From Methanobacterium sp. (GTDB lineage Archaea > Methanobacteriota > Methanobacteria > Methanobacteriales > Methanobacteriaceae), in the NCBI GenBank assembly GCA_028700095.1, contig JAQVTJ010000001.1, positions 1 to 47,743 of the forward strand: a stretch of DNA of 47,743 nucleotides, in the 5' to 3' direction. Position numbers and translations under genes: made by a program. Shown in pieces: positions 34,378 to 46,648 of the stretch (within the stretch, counting starts at the first letter, position 1; every line of letters begins with the position of its first letter). A model generated the notes under the pieces. It searched no databases and had not been told where the DNA came from. It worked only from the letters and a program-made list of their open reading frames with translations.

Positions 34378-34466
<89 letters not shown>

Positions 34467-34521
34467 TACCTTGCAGTATTTAATCACATATGGGCCAATA
34501 TATGCATTTAAATTTAAAAAA

Positions 34522-34596
34522 TGCTCCGTCCGGGATTCGAACCCGAGTCTTCGGCTCGAAAGGCAGAAATGATTGGCCGGACTACACCAACGGAGC
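34522..34596 (-). tRNA. tRNA-Glu(TTC)
   Basis: GCTCCGT/ACGGAGC, CT-TTC-GA loop; one T-C mismatch in the anticodon stem. Confidence 0.92.
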
Positions 34597-34625
34597 CAAT
34601 TTTACATACAATTTAATTATCTGGA

Positions 34626-34699
<74 letters not shown>

Positions 34700-34703
34700 A
34701 TAG

Positions 34704-34776
34704 CGCCGCCGACAGGGTTCGAACCTGTGACCAATCGATTAACAGTCGAACGCTCTACCTACTGAGCTACGGCGGC
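34704..34776 (-). tRNA. tRNA-Asn(GTT)
   Basis: GCCGCCG/CGGCGGC, CT-GTT-AA loop, G73. Confidence 0.95.
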
Positions 34777-34862
34777 TTATGCCAAGTAAGACCTACAAAC
34801 TATTATCTAGTGTTTGCAATAATTTAAAACATAGCACACCAAGATGTATTCTTAAGGTTGAC

Positions 34863-34908
34863 ATTTATCCTATATAAAGGTTGTGGAAAATAATTTATCC
34901 TATATAAA
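34863..34908 (-). promoter_or_regulatory. Tandem TATA boxes (TTTATATA x2) in a 16-bp direct repeat upstream of the tRNA operon
   Basis: atttatcctatataaa at 34863-34878 and 34893-34908. Confidence 0.65.
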
Positions 34909-35138
34909 AAATATATTCCAAAAAAAAATGTTTTCATAAATTATAAATATCTACCAAATATATTAGTTTAAATCCTATTTACATCTAAATTTATAGAAAA
35001 AAATCTATATAAAATATTATTTAATATATTTTCATGGATTTAATCTTCAATTCTAGGAATAATATAATTGAATAACTTAATTTATCTAAAAAAAAATATA
35101 ATACCTTAATTAATATAACACTATTTTTTTAGGTTATA

Positions 35139-36152
35139 ATGGTAAAAACAATGAATCTTATCAACAAGATCAAAAATTATCAGACACTTGAACTTCTTCA
35201 AGAAGCAAATAAAATCACACTTACAGAACATGGGAAACAAATCACATTGGAAAGAGCAATTTTCCTTTCATGGTGGTGTGATAAAGGGGATTGTAAATTT
35301 TGTTATATGTCATCACAGAAGCCTAAAATTAAAGAACCACAAAAAGCACGGAGAAAAATTGAATCCATATTTGCAGAGGCAGAAATCACAAGAAGAATGG
35401 GATGGAACATTGAATTTCTTTCAGGAGGATATGGTTCATTTAAAACACTTGAAATAAAAAATATTGCCGAAAAAATATTATCAATAACTGGAAAACCAGT
35501 TTGGTTAAATCTTGGAATAACCAAAGAACTGGGAATATATGGTGATGAAATAGCAGGAATAACAGGAGCAGTTGAAATAGCAAATCCAGATCTTCATCAA
35601 AAAATCTGTCCTAGTAAATCATTAGAGGATATAATTGAAATGTTAGAATTAGCAGGTGAATTAGGGTTTAAAAAAGCAATTACAATAATATTGGGTTTAG
35701 GAGAAAAACCAGAAGATACAATTTATTTATGGAACATTATTAAAGAATTTGGAATTGATAGAGTTACATTTTATTCATTAAACCCACATAAAGACACTAT
35801 ATATGAAAATTCACCACAACCTGCATCCTTATATTATGCAAATGTAGTAGCTGCAACAAGAATAAAATTCCCACAATTAGAAATAGTAACAGGTACATGG
35901 ATAGATAATCTTGCCAATATAGGTCCTTTAATACTTGCAGGGGCAAATGGCCTAACAAAATTTCCATTATTCAAGATGTATGGAACTCGATATGGTAAAA
36001 GAGTTGAACAAGAAGTTCAATGGACAGGAAGAGATCTTCAAGGAAGCTTTACAGATCTTGAAATATTACAAAAATCCAATATACAATATCCAGATCTCGA
36101 ACCATTTATAAAAAGATATATAAATAGTATAACAAAAAATCTGAAAAAATAA
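35139..36152 (+). CDS. Radical SAM protein, biotin-synthase-related, CX4CX2C motif
   Basis: WWCDKGDCKFCYM, EFLSGG, IILGLGE; alternative start 35151. Confidence 0.82.
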   Translation: MVKTMNLINKIKNYQTLELLQEANKITLTEHGKQITLERAIFLSWWCDKGDCKFCYMSSQKPKIKEPQKARRKIESIFAEAEITRRMGWNIEFLSGGYGSFKTLEIKNIAEKILSITGKPVWLNLGITKELGIYGDEIAGITGAVEIANPDLHQKICPSKSLEDIIEMLELAGELGFKKAITIILGLGEKPEDTIYLWNIIKEFGIDRVTFYSLNPHKDTIYENSPQPASLYYANVVAATRIKFPQLEIVTGTWIDNLANIGPLILAGANGLTKFPLFKMYGTRYGKRVEQEVQWTGRDLQGSFTDLEILQKSNIQYPDLEPFIKRYINSITKNLKK

Positions 36153-36376
36153 TTTATAATAAAACTAGATTAAAACTCCATTATAAAATAATGATTATAT
36201 AAATGGAAATTATAACTTAAACTATATTATGAAGATCAAAAACCATTTTTAATTAATTAAAAAATCCAATAAAATTATTTTATAGATAATACTAGTATAA
36301 ATCTATAATATTTTATAATTCCAAAATTTAATATAATTTAATATACATTCACTACACTGGAGGAATAACTATTAAA

Positions 36377-37732
36377 ATGAAATGCGGACTGGAAATACAT
36401 GTTCAGCTTGAAACAGATTCAAAATTATTCTGTACATGTCATACCAATTATAAGGATGCTCCTACCAATACAAATATTTGTCCTGTATGTTTAAATCAAC
36501 CTGGAGCAAAACCATACCCCCCAAATAAAGCAGCTCTTGATGGTGCTATTAAGATTGCTTTAATGTTAGGTTGTGAAATATCACCTGAGGTAACCTATTT
36601 CCAGCGTAAACACTATGATTATCCTGATCTGTCATCTGGATATCAAAGAACATCAATTCCTATAGGTGATAAAGGAGAACTGAACGGAGTAAGAATTTAT
36701 GATGTTCATATTGAAGAAGATCCAGGGCAATACAAACCTGATCTTGGAATTGTTGATTTCAATAGATCAGGAATACCTCTAATAGAAATAGTTACAGAAC
36801 CCGATATGAAATCTCCTGATGAAGCTCGTAAATTCTTAAGAGAATTAATAAGAGTATTAGAATACAGTGGAAGTGCACGTGGTGAAGGAACAATGCGTGC
36901 TGATGTAAATATTTCCATTGAAGGTGGAAAAAGGGCTGAAATAAAGAATATCAATTCAATAAAAGGAGCATATAAAGCATTACAATTTGAAATGGTACGC
37001 CAGAAAAACTTACTTAAAAGAGGAATTGAGATAAAACAGGAAACAAGGGCATTTTTAGAATCCCAAATGATCACGGTTCCAATGCGTCTTAAAGAACAAG
37101 CAGAAGATTATAGATACATACCAGATCCAGATCTTCCACCAATGCTTGCTGAAAAAGATAGAATAGAAGCAATCCGGGAGAAAATGCCTGAACCATCACA
37201 TATAAAGACAGATAGATTTGTACAGGAATATGGGATTAATAAAGATAATGCAAAAGTACTTACATCTGAATTAGAGCTTGCAGATGCATTTGAAGAAGTT
37301 GTAAAGACTATATATCCGGAATTTGCTGCTCTTTGGATGAGGGATGAACTTAAACGAGTGATTTATTATAATAAAATGAACTTCAAGGAAAGTGAAATAA
37401 CACCTGCACAAATAGTGGATCTACTACAATTGCTTCAAAATAATAAGATCACAGCTAAAGCAGGTAAAAGGATCATGGAAAAACTTCCTAAAAATCATGA
37501 AATGCCCTCTATGATCGCTGAAAAATTAGGATTAACAGGTGTTGTTAATGAAGATGTTGTTCTAGATGCAGTGAAAAAAGTGGTAAATAAAAATCCTGAA
37601 GCAGTTTCAGATTATTATGAAGGAAAGAAAAATGCTATGAACTTTCTTATAGGCCAAGTTATGAGGATAACAAGAGGAAAAGCAGATCCTGGTAAAACCC
37701 ATAAACTTTTAGAGACAGAACTTAAGAAATAA
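36377..37732 (+). CDS. gatB: Asp-tRNA(Asn)/Glu-tRNA(Gln) amidotransferase subunit B
   Basis: GLEIHVQL, RKHYDYPDL, EEDPG, NRSGIPLIEIVTEPD and DYRYIPDPDLPP. Confidence 0.97.
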   Translation: MKCGLEIHVQLETDSKLFCTCHTNYKDAPTNTNICPVCLNQPGAKPYPPNKAALDGAIKIALMLGCEISPEVTYFQRKHYDYPDLSSGYQRTSIPIGDKGELNGVRIYDVHIEEDPGQYKPDLGIVDFNRSGIPLIEIVTEPDMKSPDEARKFLRELIRVLEYSGSARGEGTMRADVNISIEGGKRAEIKNINSIKGAYKALQFEMVRQKNLLKRGIEIKQETRAFLESQMITVPMRLKEQAEDYRYIPDPDLPPMLAEKDRIEAIREKMPEPSHIKTDRFVQEYGINKDNAKVLTSELELADAFEEVVKTIYPEFAALWMRDELKRVIYYNKMNFKESEITPAQIVDLLQLLQNNKITAKAGKRIMEKLPKNHEMPSMIAEKLGLTGVVNEDVVLDAVKKVVNKNPEAVSDYYEGKKNAMNFLIGQVMRITRGKADPGKTHKLLETELKK

Positions 37733-37888
37733 TTTATAATATTTTTTCATAGAAAATATATTAAAAGAATTATAATTCGATAAATTCTTTAACAAATAGA
37801 ATAAAATAAATATAATAGATAAAAAAAAAGTTTTAAAAAAGGGATAACTACTTTAAAATTAGATTTTCTGGGAAAGGTCCCATATCCA

Positions 37889-38116
37889 ATGGCAAGAAAT
37901 ATTATTAATATGATTCTATGGCATCCTGGATTGGATATAAACGAAACAATAATAACATATATACATCGAGGTGTTGTAGGTAATATTAAACAGATCAATG
38001 GAAATTCCATTGATAGAATTGAAAGAGGATTTTTAATATTAGTGGAAGGAACACAAATTCCCTATCATAGAATAGTAAAAATTGAAAATAAAAATAAAAT
38101 ATTATATAAAAAATAA
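37889..38116 (+). CDS. DUF504 / MJ1316-like RNA-repair-associated small protein
   Basis: ILWHP...ITYIHRG...IPYHRI motifs. Confidence 0.78.
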   Translation: MARNIINMILWHPGLDINETIITYIHRGVVGNIKQINGNSIDRIERGFLILVEGTQIPYHRIVKIENKNKILYKK

Positions 38117-38142
38117 TTCTAAATATTTATAGGAGATTTTTA

Positions 38143-38937
38143 ATGACAAGCTCAGCTCTTGTGAAAGATTATATGACTAAAGAAGTTATAACAGTAACTC
38201 CTGAAACTCCTAATGAGGAAGTAATAAAACTTATGAAGGGAACTGGACATGATGGATTTCCAGTTAGAACCAATGGTGAAGTTATAGGAATGGTAACAGC
38301 ATTTGACCTTCTCCTTAAAGAATGGTTACCCTATGTTAAAGATATAATGTCAACAGATATTGTTGTAGCGGATCATGAAATGCAAATAAATGATGCTGCA
38401 AGAGTAATGTTTAGATTGGGAATATCTAGACTCCCAGTAATTAATAAAGAGTCTAAATTGGTGGGAATCCTAACAAATACAGATATTGTACGTTCACATA
38501 TAGAAAGATCCACACCTGTAAAAGTGGATTATTTCAAAAAAACCCTGGAACAACTTTATGAAATAAAAACCAAAGCTGTGAGAAAAAAAGTTCCAATTAA
38601 TAATTTAAGACCTACACAAGATAAAATATTTGCTGATGAACTCCAGGGAAGAGCTTATGAAATTAGAAGAGGTCTTGCAGAACCAACAATAATTGCCCAA
38701 TCTGGAGATAGATATATATTAGTAGATGGTCATCATAGAACAGCAGCAGCACGTAAACTTGGATGTAAAGAAATAGATTCCTATGTAATTATATTAGATA
38801 AAGATATTCGTCTTGGACTTGAAAAAACAGCAGATAAAAGTGGAATATTCTCTTTTAATGATGTGAAAGTTATAGATGATGCACAACATCCTCTTATTGC
38901 AATTACCAGCAGTCTTCGAAAGGAAGCTAGAAAATGA
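38143..38937 (+). CDS. CBS pair + ParB/Srx-domain protein
   Basis: Two CBS domains then LRPTQ...EP...LVDGHHR. Confidence 0.87.
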   Translation: MTSSALVKDYMTKEVITVTPETPNEEVIKLMKGTGHDGFPVRTNGEVIGMVTAFDLLLKEWLPYVKDIMSTDIVVADHEMQINDAARVMFRLGISRLPVINKESKLVGILTNTDIVRSHIERSTPVKVDYFKKTLEQLYEIKTKAVRKKVPINNLRPTQDKIFADELQGRAYEIRRGLAEPTIIAQSGDRYILVDGHHRTAAARKLGCKEIDSYVIILDKDIRLGLEKTADKSGIFSFNDVKVIDDAQHPLIAITSSLRKEARK

Positions 38938-39230
38938 ATAATAATAAAGACACAATAATCAGAGAAGTTTATAGTGTTTTAGAAAAAAGACGTGACCAAC
39001 CAGTTGACTCCTATACCTCTAATATTATGAGAGATAGTGATAAATCTGCAGAGGATAAAATATTAGAGAAAATAGGTGAAGAATCTGCAGAACTGATAAT
39101 TGCATCAAAAAATAATGAAAACCTGGTTTATGAAGCAACTGATCTAATTTTCTATACATTACTCCTTTTAGTATATAAAGGAGTTGATATTAATGATTTA
39201 TACTTAGAATTTGAAAGAAGAAGGGATTAG
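38934..39230 (+). CDS. hisE: Phosphoribosyl-ATP pyrophosphohydrolase
   Basis: [11 protein letters not shown] and YEATDLIFY; ATGA overlap with the upstream gene. Confidence 0.92.
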   Translation: MNNNKDTIIREVYSVLEKRRDQPVDSYTSNIMRDSDKSAEDKILEKIGEESAELIIASKNNENLVYEATDLIFYTLLLLVYKGVDINDLYLEFERRRD

Positions 39231-39289
39231 ATAAAAAAGAAATTTCCTTTTTTTTTAAATGTAAATAATTTGTTTTTAGGGGAAATTCC

Positions 39290-40423
39290 ATGCTATACCG
39301 TGATCTTGGATTAACAGGAGAAAAAATATCTATATTAGGTTATGGTTGTATGCGTCTGCCAGTTAAAAATGGACAGTATAATAATGTGGATATTGATAAA
39401 GCAATTTATTTAATACGTAAAGCCATAGATAATGGTGTTAATTATATTGATACTGCTTATCCTTATCATAATGGTCAAAGTGAAACTGTAGTTGCAGAGG
39501 CTCTTAAAAATGGTTATAGAGATAAGGTTTTTATTTCTGATAAATTACCTTCATGGCTAATCCAAAAAAGGGAGGATATGGACTTTTATCTTCAAGAACA
39601 GCTTAAAAGGCTTCAAACAGAACAAATTGATTTTTATTTACTCCACTCTATTAAGGAAGATTATTGGTCAAAACTTGTATCTTTAGGGGTTTTAGAATTT
39701 TTAGATGAAGCTATATCAGATGGAAGAATAAAATATACTGGTTTTTCATTTCATGGGGAATTAGAACTATTTTTTGATGTTATTGACTCTTATAATTGGG
39801 ATGTATGTCAAATACAATACAATATTGTTGATGAAAATTATCAAGCTGGAATAGAAGGAATAAAATATGCCTCTAGCAAAGGTATAGGTGTGGTAATAAT
39901 GGAACCATTAAGGGGAGGAACACTTGTAAAATCAGTACCTGCCGAAGTTCAACATGTATGGAATGAATCACCTATTAAAAGAAGTCCTGTTGAATGGGCT
40001 TTAAAATATCTTTGGGATAAAGAAGAAATAGATATAGTTTTAAGCGGTATGAGTAATAATAATGATCTTGAGGAGAATTTGAAGATTGCTGAAGAAGGTT
40101 ATATTAATTCACTTACATCTGATGATAAGGATATTATCAGAGAAGTTCGATCAGTTTATAGGTTTAGAAAACAGGTTGATTGTACACAATGTGGTTATTG
40201 TATGCCATGTCCAGAGGGTGTGAATATACCTGGAAATTTTCTTCAACTGAATAATTCATATATGTTTCAAGATATTGAAAATACTAAAATGGATTATTAT
40301 ATGTTATTAAAAGATAAGGAAAGATCATCAAAATGTAATAAATGCGGGGAATGTGAAAAATTATGCCCCCAAATGATCCCCATCCAAAATACTTTGGAAA
40401 TTGTTCGTAAAACTTTTGAATAA
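39290..40423 (+). CDS. Aldo/keto reductase with C-terminal 4Fe-4S domain
   Basis: LGYGCMRLP, IDTAYPY, GFSFH, MEPLRGG; CTQCGYCMPCP and CNKCGECEKLCP. Confidence 0.9.
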   Translation: MLYRDLGLTGEKISILGYGCMRLPVKNGQYNNVDIDKAIYLIRKAIDNGVNYIDTAYPYHNGQSETVVAEALKNGYRDKVFISDKLPSWLIQKREDMDFYLQEQLKRLQTEQIDFYLLHSIKEDYWSKLVSLGVLEFLDEAISDGRIKYTGFSFHGELELFFDVIDSYNWDVCQIQYNIVDENYQAGIEGIKYASSKGIGVVIMEPLRGGTLVKSVPAEVQHVWNESPIKRSPVEWALKYLWDKEEIDIVLSGMSNNNDLEENLKIAEEGYINSLTSDDKDIIREVRSVYRFRKQVDCTQCGYCMPCPEGVNIPGNFLQLNNSYMFQDIENTKMDYYMLLKDKERSSKCNKCGECEKLCPQMIPIQNTLEIVRKTFE

Positions 40424-40437
40424 AAATTTATATAATA

Positions 40438-40992
40438 CTATTTTGGATTTTTTATTTCATCCATAAATCTGTCTCTTATTTCAACAGGTTCCATTGGAAT
40501 AACAGGCACATTTGCATTTCCTTTTTTAACTTTAAAATGGACAAATATTGGTCCTTCTGATTTTAAAACTTTTTTAAAATTTATTTCCTCACTATTTTTA
40601 AAGAAAAATATGGTTTTAAATCCTATAGATTTTGCAACTTTCCCAAGATCAACTGTTGATGCATAGGTACATTGAGATCCTGTTGAACCATAACATTCAT
40701 TGTCTAAAACAATTAATATTAAATTTTCCGGGTTTTGATTGAATATAGTAACTAAACTTCCTAGATTCATTAGAATTGATCCATCCCCATCAAAAACCAC
40801 TACTTTTCTGGTGGTTGACATAGCTAGACCCAGTCCAATGGAAGATGCTAATCCCATAGAACCTAACATATAAAAATGTGTTGATAAATCTTTAACATGG
40901 AATAATTCCCTTGAAGGAAATCCAATATTACATATAACTAGTTGTTTGGTTAATTGAGATGAAATTTTTTTGATGGCTTTTATTCTTTCCAT
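40438..40992 (-). CDS. comE: Sulfopyruvate decarboxylase beta subunit
   Basis: [21 protein letters not shown]...DN ThDP motif. Confidence 0.93.
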   Translation of the reverse strand: MERIKAIKKISSQLTKQLVICNIGFPSRELFHVKDLSTHFYMLGSMGLASSIGLGLAMSTTRKVVVFDGDGSILMNLGSLVTIFNQNPENLILIVLDNECYGSTGSQCTYASTVDLGKVAKSIGFKTIFFFKNSEEINFKKVLKSEGPIFVHFKVKKGNANVPVIPMEPVEIRDRFMDEIKNPK

Positions 40993-41000
40993 TTTTCACA

Positions 41001-41492
41001 CTACCAGAATTTAATATCCAAAAGTATAGCTACAGGTGTGCCTTTTGTTTTAGCTATTTGCCAAGTTTTTGGGATAATATTTAAAGCATCATCAGGATTT
41101 TTAGGATTGAAATATGGAATTGTAAGAGCATCTAAAACTTTGGGTGTTGCTTTTCCCATTGGAATTTGAGCACTCATAAACTCTCCTTCAGTACCTCTAT
41201 GGCTTACTATTATCATAACAGGTAATTTGTATAGTTCAAATAATGAAGCAAGTACATTTACAGAATTACCCAGCCCAGAATTTTGCATGAGCATTGCTGG
41301 AGATTTACCTCCCATAAATGCACCTGCACAAATTCCAAATCCTTCTTCTTCCCTTGTAACTGGTATATGTATTATTTCTTTATCTGAATCTACTATTTCC
41401 ATTATTTTACCTAAATTTACACATGGTAATGATACTACAAAGTCTATTCCAGATTTTTTTAGTGCATTATAAATTGCTTCACTACTATCCAA
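41001..41492 (-). CDS. comD: Sulfopyruvate decarboxylase alpha subunit
   Basis: [18 protein letters not shown] and SHRG; TTG 41492 after AGGTG SD. Confidence 0.93.
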   Translation of the reverse strand: MDSSEAIYNALKKSGIDFVVSLPCVNLGKIMEIVDSDKEIIHIPVTREEEGFGICAGAFMGGKSPAMLMQNSGLGNSVNVLASLFELYKLPVMIIVSHRGTEGEFMSAQIPMGKATPKVLDALTIPYFNPKNPDDALNIIPKTWQIAKTKGTPVAILLDIKFW

Positions 41493-41711
41493 ATAAAACA
41501 CCTATTTTAAATTTTATAATTAATAATTCATATTATATTTTTATAAGTTTATGAATCTTAGTAAAAAAAAAGAAATATATTTTATATTTATCCTATTATT
41601 GTTATTTAATGAATAAATTAATAAAAAAAACTAAGGAGAATATAAAAAAAAGATAGATTTAAAATAAAAATTTTTTTGTATTTTTTTATTGGGAAGTGTA
41701 TTACTTTTGTT

Positions 41712-42740
41712 TTATTTATTTATGATAGAATTCAAATCAAAGGATACTTCCTTGGATATTGCTATGATCTGTTCCATAAGGGTTTTGTCAATTGTTATAC
41801 CATTTTTCTTATGATTTTTAATATTCCTAACTTCCATATCTCCAGGTATGAAAACATTTCCAGATCCTTTAACTTCATTTATGAATTCATCCACTTCTAA
41901 TTTAAATGTATCAAGATCAGAGAACTTTGAAGGATCTAAAGCCATAACAAGATCTCCTTTTGTACACATTTCTTCTGGATGGGCTGTTCCTGTAACTTGT
42001 TTACCAAATGCTGCCCTAACAAGTGGTCCTGCAAGAATTTCTATCATAAATGACAATGCATAACCTTTATGTGCTCCAAATGGTAATATTGAACCTTTAA
42101 GTGCAGCATCAGGGTCTATTGTGGGGTTTCCATCAATATCCAGAGCAACATTTTCAGGTATCATTTCTCCTTTACGTTGGGCTTCTAAGAGTTTTCCTCT
42201 TGCAGAAGCAGAAGTAGCCATATCTACTGATACATAATGTTTATTGGAAGGAATTCCTATTGCTATTGGATTTGTTCCAATAATTGGTTCTTTTCCACCG
42301 ATTGGTGCAACTGCAGGTTCTGTGTTTGCAATAACAATCCCTATCATATCTTCCATTATTGCCATGTCTGAATAATATCCTGCTACACCAAAATGGTTTG
42401 AATTATGCACACCTACAATACCAATACCTGTTTCTTTTGCTTTTTTCATTGCAAGTTCCATTGCAGTATATGTAACTACATGTCCAAATTGATGATTACC
42501 ATTTATAAGAGCCATTGAAACTGTTTCATTTTCAATGGTTATTTCTGCATTAGGATTGATGGTTTTGGCTTTTAGGCCTCGTATATATTGTGGGAATCTT
42601 CCAATACCATGGGATGAAAATCCTTTAAGATCAGCATCAACAGTTACATCGGCTACAATGCTTGCATCATCATCTGTAACATTTAATTTTTTTAAGATTT
42701 CTCTTATAATTGTTTTTTCCTGTTCTGCTGTTATGTTCAT
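41712..42740 (-). CDS. comC: L-sulfolactate dehydrogenase
   Basis: Ldh_2 family motifs SHG, SNHFG, GTNPIA, DMATS and HKGYAL; adjacent to comDE. Confidence 0.92.
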   Translation of the reverse strand: MNITAEQEKTIIREILKKLNVTDDDASIVADVTVDADLKGFSSHGIGRFPQYIRGLKAKTINPNAEITIENETVSMALINGNHQFGHVVTYTAMELAMKKAKETGIGIVGVHNSNHFGVAGYYSDMAIMEDMIGIVIANTEPAVAPIGGKEPIIGTNPIAIGIPSNKHYVSVDMATSASARGKLLEAQRKGEMIPENVALDIDGNPTIDPDAALKGSILPFGAHKGYALSFMIEILAGPLVRAAFGKQVTGTAHPEEMCTKGDLVMALDPSKFSDLDTFKLEVDEFINEVKGSGNVFIPGDMEVRNIKNHKKNGITIDKTLMEQIIAISKEVSFDLNSIINK

Positions 42741-42761
42741 AAACACACCTTCTAACTTTAT

Positions 42762-43790
42762 TTATAATGTAATAATATTTTCTTTAAATGTTTTAATGGT
42801 GACTTTATTTCTAGAGTCATCTTTAACTTTACCAATTATATAGACATGATTATATTTTTTTAAAGTATTTATTGTCTTTTCTATATCTTGAGCTTTTACA
42901 ATTACAACAAAACCTATTCCCATGTTAAAAACATGGTACATTTCATTTATTGGAACTCCAAGCGAATGTATGGCCTTAAAAATAGCTTTAGGCTCAGGCA
43001 ATGCATTAATATCATAACTTATTCCATTTTTAAGTCTTTTAAGGTTTTTGAAGCCTCCACCAGTTATATGTGCAAGTCCATGGATTTCCACATTTGTTTT
43101 TAAAAGTTCCATTATGGGTTTTACATAGATAATAGTTGGTTTAAGTAATTCTTCACCTACTTGGACATTGGGATCAGTGGGAAGTTTATTATCTATATTA
43201 AAATTATTTTCTTGGAAGAAAACCTTCCTTGCAAGGCTTAGACCATTACTATGAATTCCACTGCTTTCAATTCCAATTAAAACATCACCCTCTGCAATAT
43301 TTTCACCAGTAATTATATTATTTACATCAACAATACCTATTCCTGTTCCTGCAAGGTCAAAATTTTTAACTATCTCTGGAAGACTGGCTGTTTCACCACC
43401 TACCATAGCTATCTTGGCTTGTTTACATCCTTCTTTTAGACTTTCACCTATTTGTTCTGCTATTTCAGGGTTGGGTTTTTCAACTGCAAGATAGTCAACC
43501 ATTGCTATGGGTTCTGCTCCTACACAGAGAATATCATTTACAACCATTGCAATACAATCTATTCCAATTGTATCATATTTTTCCATCATCTCAGCAACTA
43601 TTATTTTGCTTCCAACACCATCTGTGCTCATTGCTATAGCTTTATCTCCAAGTTTAACAAGGGCTGCGAAATGTCCTGAGTCTGTAATAATGTCTCTGTA
43701 ACTGAGGGTTTCATTCAGTTTTGATATTAATTTAGATACTGTGTTCTCTTCAAGACTGATGTCAACTCCTGATTCTGAATAGGTTACCAT
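42762..43790 (-). CDS. purM: Phosphoribosylformylglycinamidine cyclo-ligase (AIR synthetase)
   Basis: [27 protein letters not shown] and FNMGIG. Confidence 0.96.
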   Translation of the reverse strand: MVTYSESGVDISLEENTVSKLISKLNETLSYRDIITDSGHFAALVKLGDKAIAMSTDGVGSKIIVAEMMEKYDTIGIDCIAMVVNDILCVGAEPIAMVDYLAVEKPNPEIAEQIGESLKEGCKQAKIAMVGGETASLPEIVKNFDLAGTGIGIVDVNNIITGENIAEGDVLIGIESSGIHSNGLSLARKVFFQENNFNIDNKLPTDPNVQVGEELLKPTIIYVKPIMELLKTNVEIHGLAHITGGGFKNLKRLKNGISYDINALPEPKAIFKAIHSLGVPINEMYHVFNMGIGFVVIVKAQDIEKTINTLKKYNHVYIIGKVKDDSRNKVTIKTFKENIITL

Positions 43791-43960
43791 TAAAATCACC
43801 TAAAAATTTTTTAAAATAATAAATGAATATTGTATTTTGACAGTTAATAAAAGTTCATATTCCTAGAAGATCCTCAGATATTATTTATATAATATTTTCC
43901 AATGGAAACTGATATCTATATTAATTTTAGACTGTTATATAATATTATTTTGATAAAATA

Positions 43961-43996
43961 AAAAAAAGGATATGGTTTTAAATTGATAAAACCATA
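43961..43996 (-). terminator. Hairpin + U-tract terminator candidate downstream of aCPSF1
   Basis: Perfect 10-bp inverted repeat TATGGTTTTA (43971-43980) / TAAAACCATA (43987-43996), followed by a T-run on the minus strand. Confidence 0.6.
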
Positions 43997-43998
43997 GT

Positions 43999-45903
43999 TT
44001 ATTGTATTCTTATGGTTTCAAGATTCATAGGTGTTTTTGTTTCTATTTTATAACTTCTATAAATGCTTGAAGCAAGATCTAGGGTTTTATAATTATCTCC
44101 ATGACAAATCATTATTTTCTCTGGCTTTGGGGATAATCTTCTAACATATTCCATGAGTTGTCTTCTATCTGAATGTCCACTAAATCCTTCAATGGTTTTA
44201 ATATGCATTTTAACATTGTAAACATTGATTTTACCATCTTCTTTAAGTGGTATTTCTTTCCAACCCTTCTGCAATCTTCTTCCAAGAGATCCTTCAGCTT
44301 GGTATCCAACAAATACAAGAGAATTTCTTTCATCTCCACATAATTGTTTAAAGTATTCTACTGAATTACCACCTGTTAACATACCTGAAGTTGATAAAAT
44401 AATTGCAGGTTCACCTTCTACAATATCTTGTCTTTCATTTCCACCATTAACTTTATGGAATACTTCAGAAATAAATGGATTTCTTCCCATATGGAAAATT
44501 TGATCCCTTAGATCTTTACTTAAATATTCTGGTCTTGCAGTATGGATTGCTGCTGCTTCCCAGATCATTCCATCTATATATACAGGAACTTCTTCAATTA
44601 TTCCATGTCTAATATATTCATCTAGAACTATCATAAGTTCCTGGGCTCTTCCAACAGCAAATACTGGCATAAGAACTTTCCCGCCACGTTTAAGTGTCCT
44701 GTAAATGGTTCTTACAAGTTCTTTTTCAGCATCGTTACGTGTTGGTTGAACATCATCATGTCCTCCATATGTACTTTCCATTACCATGGATTCTATACGT
44801 GGAAATTTAGAAACAGCAGGTTCAAGAAGTCTGCTTCTTTCATATTTAAAGTCTCCGGTGTAAACAAAGTTATGCTGTCCATCACCTATATGCATATGTG
44901 TAATGGCAGAACCAAGTATATGGCCTGCGTTATGTAGGGTAAGTCTAATATCTGGGGCTATATCTGTTACTTCTCCATAATCTAGGGTTATGGTATGTTT
45001 AATACTCTTTTTAACATGTTTAATATTGAATGGTAGCGGATTATCTTCTCTGTGTGCTATGTCAATATGGTCAAGTTGTAAAAGGGTCATAAGATCTCTT
45101 GTTGGGGTTGTACAGTATACTGGACCTTCATATCCATAATGATATAGGTATGGTAAAAATCCGGAGTGATCAAGATGTGCATGTGAAATTATAACTGCAT
45201 CAAGATCATCTAATACAAATTCAGGAACATTAAGATATGGATATGAGCTTTTATCATCTGCTCCTGCTACATTTACCCCGCAATCCAATAGAATTTTACT
45301 GTTAGTTGTCTGTAAAAATAAAGAGGATCTTCCAACTTCTCTAAAACCTCCAAGAGCAGTTAAACGTGTCCATTCATTTTCAGAGCTTAATTCTCTGTGA
45401 ATTCTGTTACCTAAAGTTTGAAGTATTTTTTTACGTTCTTTACTGTTTTTTCTTAAAGTTCTTCTAACTCTTTGGATAACTTCTGAGGTGATAGGTGGTG
45501 TTCTTAATATTTTAGGAGACCAACCAGTTTTTTTTATTATTTCTCTTGATGTTGAACCATATTTTCCTATAACAAGCCCGGGTTTTCTTGCTTCAATAAT
45601 TACTTCACAGGTAACTTCATCAAAGGATATATTGGTTATTTTTGCTTCTTCAGGTACAATTTCATGGATCCTGTCTATGGTCTTTTCAGGTACTGTGAGC
45701 ACGGATTTATCTGATCTGATAATTATTCTCTTTCTTATATCTTTTGCTAAATCTCTTATTAGATCCCCATTTTCTGTTATTATCTCCGGATTTTTTGTAT
45801 ATATTACAACTTCCGGACCTTCAAATTCAACCTTAGCCACTTGTACTCTATTAGGTAATCTTTGTACTATTGTATTTTTAATGTCTTGAATCTCTGAGCC
45901 CAT
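43999..45903 (-). CDS. fttA: Beta-CASP ribonuclease aCPSF1 / transcription termination factor FttA
   Basis: N-terminal KH domains, HAHLDH metallo-beta-lactamase motif, AGHILGS and FSGHSD; adjacent to psmB. Confidence 0.95.
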   Translation of the reverse strand: MGSEIQDIKNTIVQRLPNRVQVAKVEFEGPEVVIYTKNPEIITENGDLIRDLAKDIRKRIIIRSDKSVLTVPEKTIDRIHEIVPEEAKITNISFDEVTCEVIIEARKPGLVIGKYGSTSREIIKKTGWSPKILRTPPITSEVIQRVRRTLRKNSKERKKILQTLGNRIHRELSSENEWTRLTALGGFREVGRSSLFLQTTNSKILLDCGVNVAGADDKSSYPYLNVPEFVLDDLDAVIISHAHLDHSGFLPYLYHYGYEGPVYCTTPTRDLMTLLQLDHIDIAHREDNPLPFNIKHVKKSIKHTITLDYGEVTDIAPDIRLTLHNAGHILGSAITHMHIGDGQHNFVYTGDFKYERSRLLEPAVSKFPRIESMVMESTYGGHDDVQPTRNDAEKELVRTIYRTLKRGGKVLMPVFAVGRAQELMIVLDEYIRHGIIEEVPVYIDGMIWEAAAIHTARPEYLSKDLRDQIFHMGRNPFISEVFHKVNGGNERQDIVEGEPAIILSTSGMLTGGNSVEYFKQLCGDERNSLVFVGYQAEGSLGRRLQKGWKEIPLKEDGKINVYNVKMHIKTIEGFSGHSDRRQLMEYVRRLSPKPEKIMICHGDNYKTLDLASSIYRSYKIETKTPMNLETIRIQ

Positions 45904-46015
45904 AAAATCACGTCTAAAAAAATAGAAAATAATATTTTAGAACCATATAAAATAAATTTTTTTATATATGATTCTTTTAGTTGTTAAGTAAAATTTTATT
46001 ATGTTAGGATTAAAA

Positions 46016-46648
46016 TTAGTTCAATTCACTTATCTTCTTTTCTACCTCTTCTTCATGTAGTATTTTAAATCCTTCTTCTTTAGTAATGGTTGCTATTTTT
46101 ATTCCATTACCTGAATAAGTATCTCTTTCCATAGCAGCTTTAATTGCCCTTATTGCTAAGTTTATTCCTTCTTCAATATCCATATCTTTGTGGTAACGGT
46201 CTTCCAGTACACCATAGGCTATTGGTGAACCAGAACCTGTTGAAATAGTCAGATCTTTAATAACTCCACCACTAGGATCTAGGGAGAAAATTCCAGGTCC
46301 TTTTTCATCCACCCCTCCTAGAATGGTTTGGACATAGTAAGGATAAAATCTAGAAGCATGCAATATATTGGAGGTCAGATGAGCAGCTGCCTCTACACTC
46401 ATAGGTGCACTATTTCTAAGCCTGTAAAGAGCTACTTCTGCACTGATATATCCCATAAGCTTTTGAGCATCTGAAACTGATCCTGCTATTGTAGCACCAA
46501 TATGATCATCAATTTTAAATATCTTGTCTGCAACTTTATGAGCAATTAAATTACCCATTGAAGCTCTTCTTTCGGTAGCAAATACAATTCCGTCTTTGCA
46601 AGTTACACCAACTGTTGTAGTGCCTTTTAATCGATCTTTATCGTTCAT
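46016..46648 (-). CDS. psmB: Proteasome beta subunit
   Basis: Short propeptide then G/TTTVG; GSGS, ERD. Confidence 0.96.
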   Translation of the reverse strand: MNDKDRLKGTTTVGVTCKDGIVFATERRASMGNLIAHKVADKIFKIDDHIGATIAGSVSDAQKLMGYISAEVALYRLRNSAPMSVEAAAHLTSNILHASRFYPYYVQTILGGVDEKGPGIFSLDPSGGVIKDLTISTGSGSPIAYGVLEDRYHKDMDIEEGINLAIRAIKAAMERDTYSGNGIKIATITKEEGFKILHEEEVEKKISELN

